From: a virus | Reading direction: 5' to 3' (one strand) | DNA: 64,000 nt | Virus record (IMG/VR): IMGVR_UViG_3300029982_000012 | In this document: positions 20,267 through 30,710 of the stretch, piece after piece | Layout: the number at the start of each line of letters is the position of its first letter | Numbering within the stretch: the stretch's first letter is position 1 | Notes under the pieces: generated by a model | What the model was told of the DNA's origin: nothing | Seen by the model: the letters and a program-made list of their open reading frames with translations, nothing else | The model's database searches: none | Made by a program: the position numbers and the translations under genes

Positions 20267-20719
20267 TTATTCCTCTCCCCTATTTTTCTTGTCGGCTAAG
20301 GCTTCGGCGCTTCTAATTGTGCTATCCAAAAGAGATTCTTTCTCTTTCTGAAGTCTTTCTTGGAACATGGATTCAGCTATCATGGCTTTCTCAAGCACCA
20401 TTACTATAATATTTAGGTCGGGAATATTTCCAGCATAGCCAGAGTCTTGTAGGGTAGCAGTCCAGAATGGTGGAGATTTAATAATACGGTACTTTAATTC
20501 AACGAGAGCAAACGAAATATTCTTTTCTTTTTCACTGGCGTATTCTGGAAGGTTACCAAGCAAGCTACGATACTCTCTACCGGCCTCCAACATCTGGGTA
20601 GGGGTTAGGTAGCATTTAAATTCAAACGCTCCAGAATAGGATCCTAGGACTTCTCCTTGGCTTAAGGGAAGAACCCATTTGGCGGTATTTCCAGTGATGA
20701 GAATTTCGTTGTTATCCAT
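20267..20719 (-). CDS. putative tail assembly chaperone
   Basis: YSGAFEFK...RIIKSPPFW pattern resembles myophage tail chaperones. Confidence 0.45.
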   Translation of the reverse strand: MDNNEILITGNTAKWVLPLSQGEVLGSYSGAFEFKCYLTPTQMLEAGREYRSLLGNLPEYASEKEKNISFALVELKYRIIKSPPFWTATLQDSGYAGNIPDLNIIVMVLEKAMIAESMFQERLQKEKESLLDSTIRSAEALADKKNRGEE

Positions 20720-21326
20720 ATTGAGCCTCTATCGTATTTATTGAAGACGGATTTGTGCTTTTTTTAGAAATGATTTCAATTTAATTTTTCCTCTATTAAA
20801 TAACCATATAATTAACCAAGAAATAAACCTTCTAATTCTCTAATTGTCGATCAGTCTTACTAGCCATATATCATATAAAATATTAGATATTTAATATATT
20901 ATAATAAATAGTGAAAATAAATTATTATTACCAGGTTAAATAATTATAAAAATAAGAGATAGAAAAATTTTAAAAAAAATTGCTTTTAAATTTGCAATAT
21001 GTTACCATACTAGGTATGTCAGATAAGTTGCCTGCAGGCTGTAATTGTTTTATCGTTCATTGTTGTGAACCCAATGTATTTAAGGGTGGCCACATGATTC
21101 GCCATAGGGATACCCTAGACATAGACTTAGCTATCCTCAATGTTCATTGTGAGACCGACAGTTATATAAAATTAAAAGTGTTGTATTTCAATAGAAACTA
21201 CCAACAGGTAGTGGATCTTAAATCTACAGTGGTTAAGATCAAGGCTTCAGATAAGCATAAGTGGAGCTTTGTTAAGAAACATCACTACTGATTTTAATAG
21301 TCGGTTATTAGATATAATAATGAGAA

Positions 21327-21698
21327 TTATTTTCCATCGATCAATTTTGTCAAAAGGCTCAAAATCCCCGTATGTTGAGTTTTAAGTTCATCTCTAAGAT
21401 TGTCGATTTTTTCAGTTAAATTCTTGATTTCATTAGAATAAGATTCTTTTAAAAATCCAATATCTTTATAAATACTCTGCTTTTGAGTCTCTATTTCGGT
21501 TTCTAGTTTTTCAATTTTTTCTTCAAGTTCTACCTTAAACTTCTCAGTTTCACTACGGGCTTGAGAGAGAATGTCCTGTTTGTACTTCTCTTTTTTGTCG
21601 GCGGAATGCTTTATCCATTTTTTAACAGCGGTATAGACACCACCGATGGCCGTGATGGCTCCTGCAGCGGCTTCAAGTGCTATATTAGGGTCAATCAT
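21327..21698 (-). CDS. membrane-anchored coiled-coil protein (possible lysis accessory)
   Basis: N-terminal hydrophobic helix plus heptads; late motif upstream. Confidence 0.45.
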   Translation of the reverse strand: MIDPNIALEAAAGAITAIGGVYTAVKKWIKHSADKKEKYKQDILSQARSETEKFKVELEEKIEKLETEIETQKQSIYKDIGFLKESYSNEIKNLTEKIDNLRDELKTQHTGILSLLTKLIDGK

Positions 21699-21769
21699 GG
21701 CAATTCCTCTCAGAATATAAGATTGGGACTAATTTTCCTATGATATATAGGGGTGAACAGGAGATTATT

Positions 21770-22042
21770 ATGCCACAGTGGCTTGCAGATTTTTTAGAAG
21801 TGTTTCAGGATGTCAACAAAACGAGCCTAATGATAGGTTTGTTGATTTTAGCGTCTATTTTTCGCGTCAAAGGCTTTATTGATGGAGGCCAATTCGTTGA
21901 ATTGATTAAAACTACCACCGTATCTTATTTTGGGACCAATACAGTAATTCATTTTACTAGTATGGTTAAAGAAGCTATTGCTAGTAAGTCAGTCCCTAAA
22001 ACTCCATCAGAAGTCGTAAAAGACATTGTGGAGGCTCAATGA
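21770..22042 (+). CDS. putative holin
   Basis: Small protein with hydrophobic segments, AGGAG SD before MPQW, near spanin-like genes. Confidence 0.4.
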   Translation: MPQWLADFLEVFQDVNKTSLMIGLLILASIFRVKGFIDGGQFVELIKTTTVSYFGTNTVIHFTSMVKEAIASKSVPKTPSEVVKDIVEAQ

Positions 22043-22252
22043 AACTAGTGATCGATAAACTTACCGAACACTTACGGAAAGACGAAGGATACTATTATGC
22101 TTGGCAAGCAAATATTGCTATGGCATTTTACGATGAGTTTCGTCGCTCTAAGCCTAAGAATCTAACCCAGGTTCATAAAACTGCAAATGAGGCCGCTAAA
22201 AACTTTTTAGATATGCTAATCAATTTAAACGAAAATTACGAGAAGTCAAAAT

Positions 22253-22564
22253 ATGTGGTTAAAGATTAAAGCGTTCTTTGTTGCTGTTGGAAGTGATTTC
22301 GCGGATACCTGGAAAAGGATCAAAGTCCTCGTATTTGCTATTGCTGGACTTATTGTTTACCTAGAATTCAGTAGGATCAAGGACGCTATCATTGCTTATA
22401 ATGGGAAGAAAGAAATCGATTCTACCCAAAAACAAGATGACAAAACACAAGTTCAGGAGGATGCTAATAATAAACAGGCTGATGCCTTAGTCACTCAAGC
22501 GAACGCTCTACCCTCTCAAGAACAGCCGGTCACTGAAGACTGGAACACAAAGGAAAAACCATGA
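22253..22564 (+). CDS. putative i-spanin-like protein
   Basis: Single TM followed by a polar coiled segment. Confidence 0.4.
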   Translation: MWLKIKAFFVAVGSDFADTWKRIKVLVFAIAGLIVYLEFSRIKDAIIAYNGKKEIDSTQKQDDKTQVQEDANNKQADALVTQANALPSQEQPVTEDWNTKEKP

Positions 22565-22947
22565 AAAAATTAATTGCTTGTATTTTATTGTTTGTAAGTT
22601 CAGCAAATGCTTTTGCAGATTGTGACTGGTCAACCATTAAGAAACTACCTGATGGTGGGTACGAATATACCCCAGCATTACATTTATGCGTAGGAAATTT
22701 AGTCCAAGACAATAAGACTAAAGATCTACAAATTGCAGATTTGAATCAGGCCATCACACTAAAAGACCTAGCCCTTAAAGAGTCAGACGATCGCGTGGTT
22801 TTATGGGAAAAAACTGCTGGGGATGAACTAGATCGATTGAATAAAATTTCTAATGACCAAAAACATAACGACTGGCTGTATTTTGGTTTAGGAGTAGCAA
22901 CTACATTCTTAGCTGGATATGCAGCAGCTAAGTTGGCTGGGCGCTAA
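22561..22947 (+). CDS. secreted/membrane protein, possible spanin component
   Basis: Signal peptide, coiled-coil, C-terminal TM. Confidence 0.4.
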   Translation: MKKLIACILLFVSSANAFADCDWSTIKKLPDGGYEYTPALHLCVGNLVQDNKTKDLQIADLNQAITLKDLALKESDDRVVLWEKTAGDELDRLNKISNDQKHNDWLYFGLGVATTFLAGYAAAKLAGR

Positions 22948-23449
22948 CAGGTTTGAATCCTTTACTAACGACAAAGTTGTAAACGTCCTTAGGTGTCATC
23001 GTAGATGGATCGAAAGTACCATCATTTATCTCTACAAGAACATCCCCCACTAATTCCGAACATACAAAAGAACTCGCACTATAAAAAGGGTTCTTTACAT
23101 TCTTACCGAAAAGCCTCATAAATAAAACCCAGGCAAATCCCACTACTTGGCCTACACCATAAGGTGAACCGCATTTATCGATAGCTCCCTGAACAACAGA
23201 TTGTTTTGTTGAATCTGAAATTGGCACGACGAACTCCGCATATATGTCTTCTAAGCCATCAAACATTGTATCGCCAATAAAGTTCACTTTTAAACCACTA
23301 GCCTGAAATACAATCCAGCGATCTGTATAGGTATCGTAATATCTGACATAGGCATGCGAATAAGGCGACCAAGTAACTAGCCTGATTAACCAAGAAAACG
23401 GTTGGAATCCACCTTTAGGTCTAGAGAAACCAATCGTAATAGAGTCCAT
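22928..23449 (-). CDS. permuted papain-like (YaeF/YiiX, NlpC/P60) peptidase/amidase
   Basis: YSHA (His) before GSPYG and FVCSELV (Cys), TPKD: circularly permuted order. Confidence 0.8.
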   Translation of the reverse strand: MDSITIGFSRPKGGFQPFSWLIRLVTWSPYSHAYVRYYDTYTDRWIVFQASGLKVNFIGDTMFDGLEDIYAEFVVPISDSTKQSVVQGAIDKCGSPYGVGQVVGFAWVLFMRLFGKNVKNPFYSASSFVCSELVGDVLVEINDGTFDPSTMTPKDVYNFVVSKGFKPVSAQPT

Positions 23450-23450
23450 A

Positions 23451-23951
23451 TTATGTTTCCCCACTTAAGTAGTTTTGCATTTGCGTAATATAAGAATTTA
23501 AAGTTTCTTGGGTTAACAATGCACTTGGTTGTATAGATTGAATTACTGTTAATGCGGTTGTTATAGAACCAGACATTAATAAAGACTGAATTGAAGCTAA
23601 TTGCTGAGAAATTTGAATTACTTGGGAAACATTTAGTCCAGCCGCTCTATTGGCAGCACCAAATTGAGCAATAATGCTTATACCGAAACTCATATCTTTT
23701 AAAATTTGGTTTATGTTTTGTTGCGTTTGTGGTAATTCATTAACGTAAGAAGACATCAATGAATTTAATGTTGTTTGATCGTTAGATGAAAGGGCATCAC
23801 TAAACCAAACCAATACAGACATAGATGGCCCACTACCTTCTCTTTCTAAATAAGAAAGAGGTGTCGAAATAGAACTAGATTGTATACTTGCAACTAACAA
23901 GTCTGGGTAGTCTATTTGTTGAGTGAATGGGTAACTAGTCATTGTAGGCAT
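23451..23951 (-). CDS. putative fibre assembly/chaperone protein
   Basis: Follows the fibre genes, TAATG-coupled. Confidence 0.4.
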   Translation of the reverse strand: MPTMTSYPFTQQIDYPDLLVASIQSSSISTPLSYLEREGSGPSMSVLVWFSDALSSNDQTTLNSLMSSYVNELPQTQQNINQILKDMSFGISIIAQFGAANRAAGLNVSQVIQISQQLASIQSLLMSGSITTALTVIQSIQPSALLTQETLNSYITQMQNYLSGET

Positions 23952-24427
23952 TATGCTAACCTCACTACATCAAAATTCAATCCTGTTACTGTAATAGTAC
24001 CAGCGCTTGTAACGGCCTCGAGCGCAATTGCTTGACTACCGTTTACAGTTACTAATTTGTTGGTAGAAATTGTCATATTTTGAAAAGCATTTAAAGCTCC
24101 AGTACCAGTAGGCATCGCTGTTCTCTTTGTGTCTGCCTGAGCAGTTCCACCTACATATATCTGAAAAGTTAAGATATTGCCGGCAGCACTTGAGGCAGTG
24201 ATGTTACCGCTGGCGATAACCAAATAAGTGCCCGCTACAGGAGTTACTGTGGCACTTCCTATGACTCCGACCGTAGTTGTAACTGTTATTGCAGCAGAGC
24301 TGTTTACTTCGTTGTTGTAAAGGCCAAATGCAAGGTTACCACCGTTGTCAACCAACGGCGCACCAGAGTTAACCCCAGGAGCGTTGATGTACTGGCCTTG
24401 AAATAATATAGAACCGTTAACCGGCAT
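23951..24427 (-). CDS. beta-rich virion fibre/spike subunit (start MPVNGS at 24427)
   Basis: TAATG coupling to the upstream stop; AGTYLVIASG BclA/C1q-like beta-sandwich pattern. Confidence 0.55.
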   Translation of the reverse strand: MPVNGSILFQGQYINAPGVNSGAPLVDNGGNLAFGLYNNEVNSSAAITVTTTVGVIGSATVTPVAGTYLVIASGNITASSAAGNILTFQIYVGGTAQADTKRTAMPTGTGALNAFQNMTISTNKLVTVNGSQAIALEAVTSAGTITVTGLNFDVVRLA

Positions 24428-27138
24428 TAGGTTATCTCCTGAATACCAATATATGTAGTAGAGCCAGAAGTAATAGCGTACACAGCCCCGGTGCTGAACG
24501 AATACTCGTCCATCCAAAACTTCTCTCCAGGAAATAGAGTGAGTCCGTTTTGATAAGCAGCGGCGTTCCCGTTAAATCCCAAAGATATCTGCTGAGTAGC
24601 CGTCGTATTGCTTAAGTAAAGACCCTTTCTGTTTGCGTTTGCAGCGAGAATCAAAGTTGAGGTCGTATTAACCAAAGCAGTAGTAGGGGCAGAATAAGTT
24701 CTTGGAACTTTTGTGGAAACGAACTGCGCACCGTTTGCGTCTGATTGGTTATCAGCTCTTTGTCCGTTTGTGAAAGTCGGTAAGGTAGAGTTGTAAACCG
24801 CTGAGGTTTTTACTCCGTTACCAGAATCTGCCGTTCCGGAAGCAACGTTGCCGACAATCTGCTGGTTACCGTTGGCATCAACGGCCAGCGTTTGAGCGCT
24901 TCCAGAAGAAGCGTCCATGGTCACGTTAACGGTTCCAGAAGTATATGTAGATGCCCTGATCCTAACTTGGGTAAATCCGCCTGAACCTACGGTGTAAAGG
25001 TTGTTTGTCGTAAAAGAAGAAATATTTAATCCACCGTTTGGGTTTCCAACGGCAAGCGTGTACCAAATTCCGTCTCCAGATTGGCCTTCCATGACCAAAG
25101 TAGCAACCCAAGTACCAGATATCGAAGCGTTTACAGAACTAGTTCCGTTTGCTGCGATGACAACGGTTCCGTTCAAGGCTGTAATGGTTCCGGTGATGTT
25201 TTTGTCTGAATTAGTCGCTATCACCTTGACGTTTGTAAGAAGGTTTGCGGCGTTATCTAGTTGTAAAGGGGAGCTGTTACCGGATGAAATGGTAGTAGGC
25301 GTTGTATTAAACTGACCAAGAACAGCGATAGCAGATGCGGGCGTCGTAACGTTTTGGGTAGTTAAGGCATCGATGATCCCGGTAACACCAGAAACGCGTA
25401 AACCACCAGAGGTATTTAAAGACAACGGCTGGTTAGTTGCGGTAGAGTACGTGGGCACCGCGGTGGTTACGGCACCATAACCCAGCGTGTTTAAGTTTGC
25501 TGGGTTAAACTGAACGGCCTCTACGTTTGCCACGGCAGCCGACGTGTTTATGACCACGGTCGCTGTTCCTGACGTATATGCTGTCATCACAGCTTGGATG
25601 CTGGTGAAGCCAGCGGACAGCGCAATTCTGACGCCGCCGTTGGTCGTAAAGCCGGCTGCTGTATAAGCGTTTGTCTGACCGCCTTGAACCGCTGTTAACG
25701 GAACAAACGTTACCCCGTCAACACTTCCTTGGAACTGGATGGTTCCTACCCACGTGCCGCTTATTCTTGCATAAGCAGATGAAACGTCGTTTATAGGTAG
25801 GTTTACTAACGTGTTTAACGCTGTCAGCGTACCAGTTATAGAAGAGTCTGGCTTTATAGTATATAAGGAGGTTCCCGCGGTGTAAAGCGGCGACCCTAGC
25901 GCGTTTCCGTTACCGTCCGTGTTGTAGGCGGTGACCAAAACGTTTGCTGCACCGCTCGGGTTATAGATCTGAAGTTGATGAGGATAAGCTGCAGAGTTCC
26001 AGCTTACGGTAGCTGTACCAGAGGTCCATGCCGTCGCGATGACTCGAACCTGAGCATAGCCGGCGCAGTTAAGCTGAGCGGTCGTGTTTACGGTTGTCGT
26101 GCTGGTCGTGTATGAGCCAGTGGTCCCTAAGTAAACATAGACAGTGCTCCAGTTACCGTCGCCGTTCTGTGCTTGGAACGTAAGTGTCCCCACCCAGGTT
26201 CCAGTAACGTTAATAAAAACGCTGCCGTATCCGCCGGTCGTTGCGACGACCTGCTGGTTGACAGCGGCTATAGTTCCGTTGCCTTGCAGAGACCCGGCCT
26301 GAGACGTAGATGAGAGCGTTTCAGACGCGCTTAGGATGCAGCTTGCGGTTCCGCTCGTGTAGGACGTGACGATGACTCGGACGTTGGTAGAGCCACCGAC
26401 CGGAACAATACCTAGTATGGTTAAGACGTTGGCAGAAGAAAAGGAGTATGAGTTGGTGATGTTTCCGGTAGTGGGGTTTAAGAAGTTACATGTCACCCAG
26501 CTTACACCGCCGTCTACGGAGCACTGAGGTGTTATGGTTCCGATAAAAGTACCAGCAGCCATCTGAAAACCTACTGTCTGTAGGCCTGTCATTGCTATAG
26601 AAATGCTGGCGCTCAAAGCACCAAGCGCTACTGGCGCTATCGTCGTGTTTGGTACTTGTACGCTTAAGAGCTGCTGCCCTGCGTAACCGTTGCTGGCTGA
26701 CGATATCGCGTTTCCAGAGCCGTCGTATAAGTTCGACGCGGTTCTTAAGGTCTGTGCTGATGTGGCACCCGCACCGAATGTTGCTGCACCGGTGGCGTTG
26801 CCTATCTGTGAAGCGGTTCTAAGAGTGTTGGCACCTACGGTGCCATAATTGTGGTCTTCAGCTAATGTCCCTTGTGTGGTTGGAGCAATGATGATGCGAC
26901 CGCTAGAATCCAATTGAATTGCGGATTGCTGAGTATTGGTAAGAGTCGGTAAAGTTGAGTTGTATTGGCCGCCTATTAAATCGGAATAGGTCGCAGCAGT
27001 ACCGGCAGTTACCGATCCTGCGGTAATTTGATGGACGAGCATATTCCCATTAGAATCCGCATTTACTGGATAAGTGGGAACGCTAGATAGATTTAGTCCA
27101 GTAAGACCTACTGGTAGGTTTGAACTAAAATCGCCCAT
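24427..27138 (-). CDS. large modular fibre protein (903 aa)
   Basis: S/T/G/N-rich; four GTW/FxGT...TSGT domains and GQYNxTxPT...LQLDxxG linkers. Confidence 0.7.
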   Translation of the reverse strand: MGDFSSNLPVGLTGLNLSSVPTYPVNADSNGNMLVHQITAGSVTAGTAATYSDLIGGQYNSTLPTLTNTQQSAIQLDSSGRIIIAPTTQGTLAEDHNYGTVGANTLRTASQIGNATGAATFGAGATSAQTLRTASNLYDGSGNAISSASNGYAGQQLLSVQVPNTTIAPVALGALSASISIAMTGLQTVGFQMAAGTFIGTITPQCSVDGGVSWVTCNFLNPTTGNITNSYSFSSANVLTILGIVPVGGSTNVRVIVTSYTSGTASCILSASETLSSTSQAGSLQGNGTIAAVNQQVVATTGGYGSVFINVTGTWVGTLTFQAQNGDGNWSTVYVYLGTTGSYTTSTTTVNTTAQLNCAGYAQVRVIATAWTSGTATVSWNSAAYPHQLQIYNPSGAANVLVTAYNTDGNGNALGSPLYTAGTSLYTIKPDSSITGTLTALNTLVNLPINDVSSAYARISGTWVGTIQFQGSVDGVTFVPLTAVQGGQTNAYTAAGFTTNGGVRIALSAGFTSIQAVMTAYTSGTATVVINTSAAVANVEAVQFNPANLNTLGYGAVTTAVPTYSTATNQPLSLNTSGGLRVSGVTGIIDALTTQNVTTPASAIAVLGQFNTTPTTISSGNSSPLQLDNAANLLTNVKVIATNSDKNITGTITALNGTVVIAANGTSSVNASISGTWVATLVMEGQSGDGIWYTLAVGNPNGGLNISSFTTNNLYTVGSGGFTQVRIRASTYTSGTVNVTMDASSGSAQTLAVDANGNQQIVGNVASGTADSGNGVKTSAVYNSTLPTFTNGQRADNQSDANGAQFVSTKVPRTYSAPTTALVNTTSTLILAANANRKGLYLSNTTATQQISLGFNGNAAAYQNGLTLFPGEKFWMDEYSFSTGAVYAITSGSTTYIGIQEIT

Positions 27139-27151
27139 ATTTTTTTAACCA

Positions 27152-28393
27152 TTAGGTAATTTGGTTACCTTCGATAGTGACGTATGCATTAGATGCGCCA
27201 ACGTCAATATTGAAGACTTGTACTGTTACAGTGTTTCCTGCAACAATAGTTGGAGGAGCAGTAACCGTGAGATCAATATTTGGATTTGAAGAACTATTGA
27301 AAGCCGTAAATATTGCTGTTCCGTTATTAGATACAATGATTTTAATTCTAACTTCAGCACTTACAAATACACGCTCTAAGCTGAATGTATGGGTAGCCGG
27401 AACAGTATATGTTGCGGTAGCATTTCCAAGAACTGCAATGCTAGTCAGGACTGTAAAGTTCTGAATCGGAGTACCAGAAGAAGCAGAAGTGATAGTTACT
27501 GGTACTGGATTAGATAAGGTAGCGGGAGAACCTGAAACATAGATATTTGCATTAGTAGCACCAATGTTATTGGTACCTGCAGGGAGTGGGGTCGCTAAAT
27601 CGACTTTTAAATTACCATTAACATCTAATTGAAGAGCCGCTTGTTGTCCTGTAGTAAGAGTCGGTGCAGAACTATTATATTGACCACCGGCAAGAGATGA
27701 ATATGTACCAGCAGTACCACCAGTTACAGAACCATCCGATTCATCCTGAGTAACCCACGGAGATGTGGATTGGGTAACAGCTACAGTACCAGATACAACC
27801 CAAGGAGAAGTTGATTGGGTAACAGGAATTGCACTTTGATTAGAAGCAATGGTAACCGGAATAGATGCAGACATTGTAGTCTGACCTAAAGCAATTGCGG
27901 ATCCACCAACTTCAGTTAGATTCGTAGTCCAAGGACCACCAGCTTGAGTAACAGCACCGATCGTGTTACTACCAGCAGGAATTGGAGTTTCTAAATTTAC
28001 TTTTAAATTACCAGAAGCGTCACCTTGCAATGCTGCTTGCTGACCATTGGTAAGAGTGATACCGCTTGATTCATATACTAAGCCACCCAACATTGATTTG
28101 GTACCGGCTGTTCCAGGAGCAACAGAACCGTCTGCTAAATCAGAAGTAATCCATGGAGAAGTTCCTTGGTTTACAGAACCGATAGTTGCAGATCCTGCAG
28201 GTAATGGAGAATTTGGTGAGAAGGCCACAACAAGTGCGGTATTGGTTGCAATTGCTGATGTTGAAGCAGGAAGGACCGTAGCCAATTGAGTTGTTGGATT
28301 GGTACCGTCTCCAATTTTAATAATAACATCATCTGGAAGCGATTGTCCTGGATACTGCGACCGAATTGGAAGTTCACTACTGTAATCTGACAT
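27152..28393 (-). CDS. fibre/whisker-like structural protein
   Basis: TQSTSPW repeats; shares linker and N-terminus (MSDYSSELPI) with 24427-27138. Confidence 0.65.
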   Translation of the reverse strand: MSDYSSELPIRSQYPGQSLPDDVIIKIGDGTNPTTQLATVLPASTSAIATNTALVVAFSPNSPLPAGSATIGSVNQGTSPWITSDLADGSVAPGTAGTKSMLGGLVYESSGITLTNGQQAALQGDASGNLKVNLETPIPAGSNTIGAVTQAGGPWTTNLTEVGGSAIALGQTTMSASIPVTIASNQSAIPVTQSTSPWVVSGTVAVTQSTSPWVTQDESDGSVTGGTAGTYSSLAGGQYNSSAPTLTTGQQAALQLDVNGNLKVDLATPLPAGTNNIGATNANIYVSGSPATLSNPVPVTITSASSGTPIQNFTVLTSIAVLGNATATYTVPATHTFSLERVFVSAEVRIKIIVSNNGTAIFTAFNSSSNPNIDLTVTAPPTIVAGNTVTVQVFNIDVGASNAYVTIEGNQIT

Positions 28394-28631
28394 AAAGATC
28401 TCCTATTATTCTGCTGCTAAAGCGGCCTTTAATTTTTCTTCTAATTCTTTTTCTGATGCAATAGACACATCTATACTTTTTTGAATTCTAGCAATAGTAT
28501 CTTGAAGTTCAAGTACACGTAATTCTTGATCTTCTTTACCCAAAATTACTCTTTTTAAGTCAACTTGTAATTTTTTAATTTCATATGGAGTCATAGCATC
28601 GCCTTTTCATAAAGATTGCAGTTGTTTGTTT

Positions 28632-29498
28632 TTAAGCTGGAAGAACTAGAACTTGAATCCGACCCTCAAACGAGGCCGATGAAGCTCTAAAATTATAAAC
28701 CTGAACCTGTATAGTTTGACCAGCAGGGATAATTAAACCTGAGTCATTTCCAGTAGTAAAATTAAATTCCCCTGTATAATCACCAGCATAGTTAGTTCTG
28801 GCAGTAGCCTGTACAGCCCCATTAATGAATAAATCGTATCTGGCAATGTTTTCTCCAGAAAACGCAGCTCTTTGGAATACTGCTTGCATGCCTGCTGGGA
28901 CAGTGTAACTCACTATAAAGGAGGTAATTCCTCCTGCTAAAGTTACCTCGCTATAAGTATTGACAACAGTTGAGTTTGGGCTAGGGACCGCTTCTACAAT
29001 TACATTAATTGACCCGTCAGGGTTGACGGTCATTGTATTGCCACCCTCGATAATAGAGACGGCCCCTATACTTATGCTTCCTTCGAGGGCTACAGGAAGA
29101 GGGTTTGAGTTATTGTAGTGATTCCCGTACTCATCTACCGGAATCGTTCTCCAGGCGTCTACAGGATCGTTTTCATAGGTTGCTAGGAGTCTAGCTTCCA
29201 TGGGAACTGTTTGTTTAGGCTGTTCCGCAGCGGAAATGGTGGATAGTGTAGCAGTCGTAAACATGCTCACGTCTACATTGTGGTCCATCCCACCTTTTGT
29301 AGCGCCAACCCACAAGGTTGTAGAATCCACAACTCTCTTGATATAAACTGTTAATTTGGTAGGAGTATTATTTGCAAGCGTGGCTTGCATCTGGACATAA
29401 AAGCCTGAACTATCAACGACTTGTACGACACCCTCTGTGCTACCATTTGCGGTAAGCGATACAGGTGGAACCGCATTATAATTGCGTTCTGTAGCCAT
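28632..29498 (-). CDS. structural protein, beta-rich
   Basis: C-terminal YTVPAG domain similar to the YTVPAT domain of 27152-28393. Confidence 0.55.
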   Translation of the reverse strand: MATERNYNAVPPVSLTANGSTEGVVQVVDSSGFYVQMQATLANNTPTKLTVYIKRVVDSTTLWVGATKGGMDHNVDVSMFTTATLSTISAAEQPKQTVPMEARLLATYENDPVDAWRTIPVDEYGNHYNNSNPLPVALEGSISIGAVSIIEGGNTMTVNPDGSINVIVEAVPSPNSTVVNTYSEVTLAGGITSFIVSYTVPAGMQAVFQRAAFSGENIARYDLFINGAVQATARTNYAGDYTGEFNFTTGNDSGLIIPAGQTIQVQVYNFRASSASFEGRIQVLVLPA

Positions 29499-29573
29499 TT
29501 TCCATTTTCCTTAACCTAGAATCATGACCCATGCCATGAAGCTGATGTAGTTAAGATTGCTTGTAATTAATTG

Positions 29574-29933
29574 TTAAGAGGTCCAGGAAATCTGAATTCT
29601 TGGTGGGCCTGGATAAGCGTGATCGAAGAAGGGGTTTATGTATCCTGGAGGGAGCACTTCTGGAAATCCCGGCACAAATGATGGATTGTAGCCATATACA
29701 GGATAAATTGGGAAAAGTACGGCATATCCCAAGTTAGTAAAATAAGTCTTAACGTAGGCCGAAGTCACCAAAGGCGGTAATACTGGCTGTACAAGGAATA
29801 GACCGTTAGATATAGCCTGATTGATTAAAACGGTCGTAGCAGCTATGAATTCGCTTTGGGCAGCAGCCACATCAGCTGTATTGGTTGCTGTAGATTCTGT
29901 ATTTGCAGTTGATGCGTTCGGTAAATTAACCAT
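29574..29933 (-). CDS. putative virion protein
   Basis: Late motif 5 nt upstream of ATG. Confidence 0.5.
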   Translation of the reverse strand: MVNLPNASTANTESTATNTADVAAAQSEFIAATTVLINQAISNGLFLVQPVLPPLVTSAYVKTYFTNLGYAVLFPIYPVYGYNPSFVPGFPEVLPPGYINPFFDHAYPGPPRIQISWTS

Positions 29934-29948
29934 ATTTATAAGATTGGA

Positions 29949-30614
29949 CTAAGAGATAAGCTTATTTCCTTTAGAGACATTCTCGTGTCCCGTTAAGATC
30001 TGCAGATTCCAAGGAACATGAAGACCTCTTATATTCTTACCCTGAATAGGAACAATATGGTCTACATGATAAGAAATTCCGGTAGTTTTACTTAAGTCGT
30101 TTGCTTTTATGTAAAAATTCTCTATTTCCATTAATTGATCTGCCGTTAACCATTTAGGAGTGGCTTCAACCTTTAAAGCTCGACGTTTAGCGATCCTAGC
30201 GTTTTTTCTGCCCTGATTAAGCCTATCATATGTGGCGTTTCTATTATCTATTAATTTCTTGTTTTTAGCGTAATATACTGACATATATTCAGCTTTTTTT
30301 ATAGCAATTTTTTCTTTATTTTTTAGGCGATACTCTAGATGCTGTAGGGCAATTTTTTCCTTGTTTTTTAAGCGATATTCTGCCCTTTGGGAATTTATTC
30401 TTTTCTTATTTTCGTGTTGATAAATAGCATTTTTATTTAAGATTCCATCTTTGTTTTTCTTATAATGTATTGATTTATAAATCCTACAACATTCTTTACA
30501 CCAAGAATTCAATCCATCTTTCGTAGTCTTTAGCTTATCGAATTCCGATAGTGGCTTTACTAAATTACATTTTTTGTTAGAACAAGTCTTTAAATTAGGG
30601 TGAGCAATTGACAT
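29949..30614 (-). CDS. HNH homing endonuclease
   Basis: CxxxxC/CKEC, ATPKWLT, HVDHIVPIQG...GLHVPWNLQILTGHEN. Confidence 0.9.
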   Translation of the reverse strand: MSIAHPNLKTCSNKKCNLVKPLSEFDKLKTTKDGLNSWCKECCRIYKSIHYKKNKDGILNKNAIYQHENKKRINSQRAEYRLKNKEKIALQHLEYRLKNKEKIAIKKAEYMSVYYAKNKKLIDNRNATYDRLNQGRKNARIAKRRALKVEATPKWLTADQLMEIENFYIKANDLSKTTGISYHVDHIVPIQGKNIRGLHVPWNLQILTGHENVSKGNKLIS

Positions 30615-30651
30615 ATATCTAAGATTATATCATATTACAATGACTTACAAC

Positions 30652-30685
30652 AAAAAAGCCCCATATAATTAAATATATGGAGCTT
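30652..30685 (-). terminator. intrinsic terminator after tail tube
   Basis: CCATAT/ATATGG stem with GGCTTTTTTG on the minus strand; near-twin of the post-MCP terminator. Confidence 0.7.
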
Positions 30686-30710
30686 AAATATTAAATATTT
30701 TAATATCCGA

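Noticed and set aside
19363-20719. Lambda G/GT-type frameshift between the tail chaperone candidates
   Set aside because: A separate Pro-rich ORF lies between them and I found no convincing slippery site at the junction.
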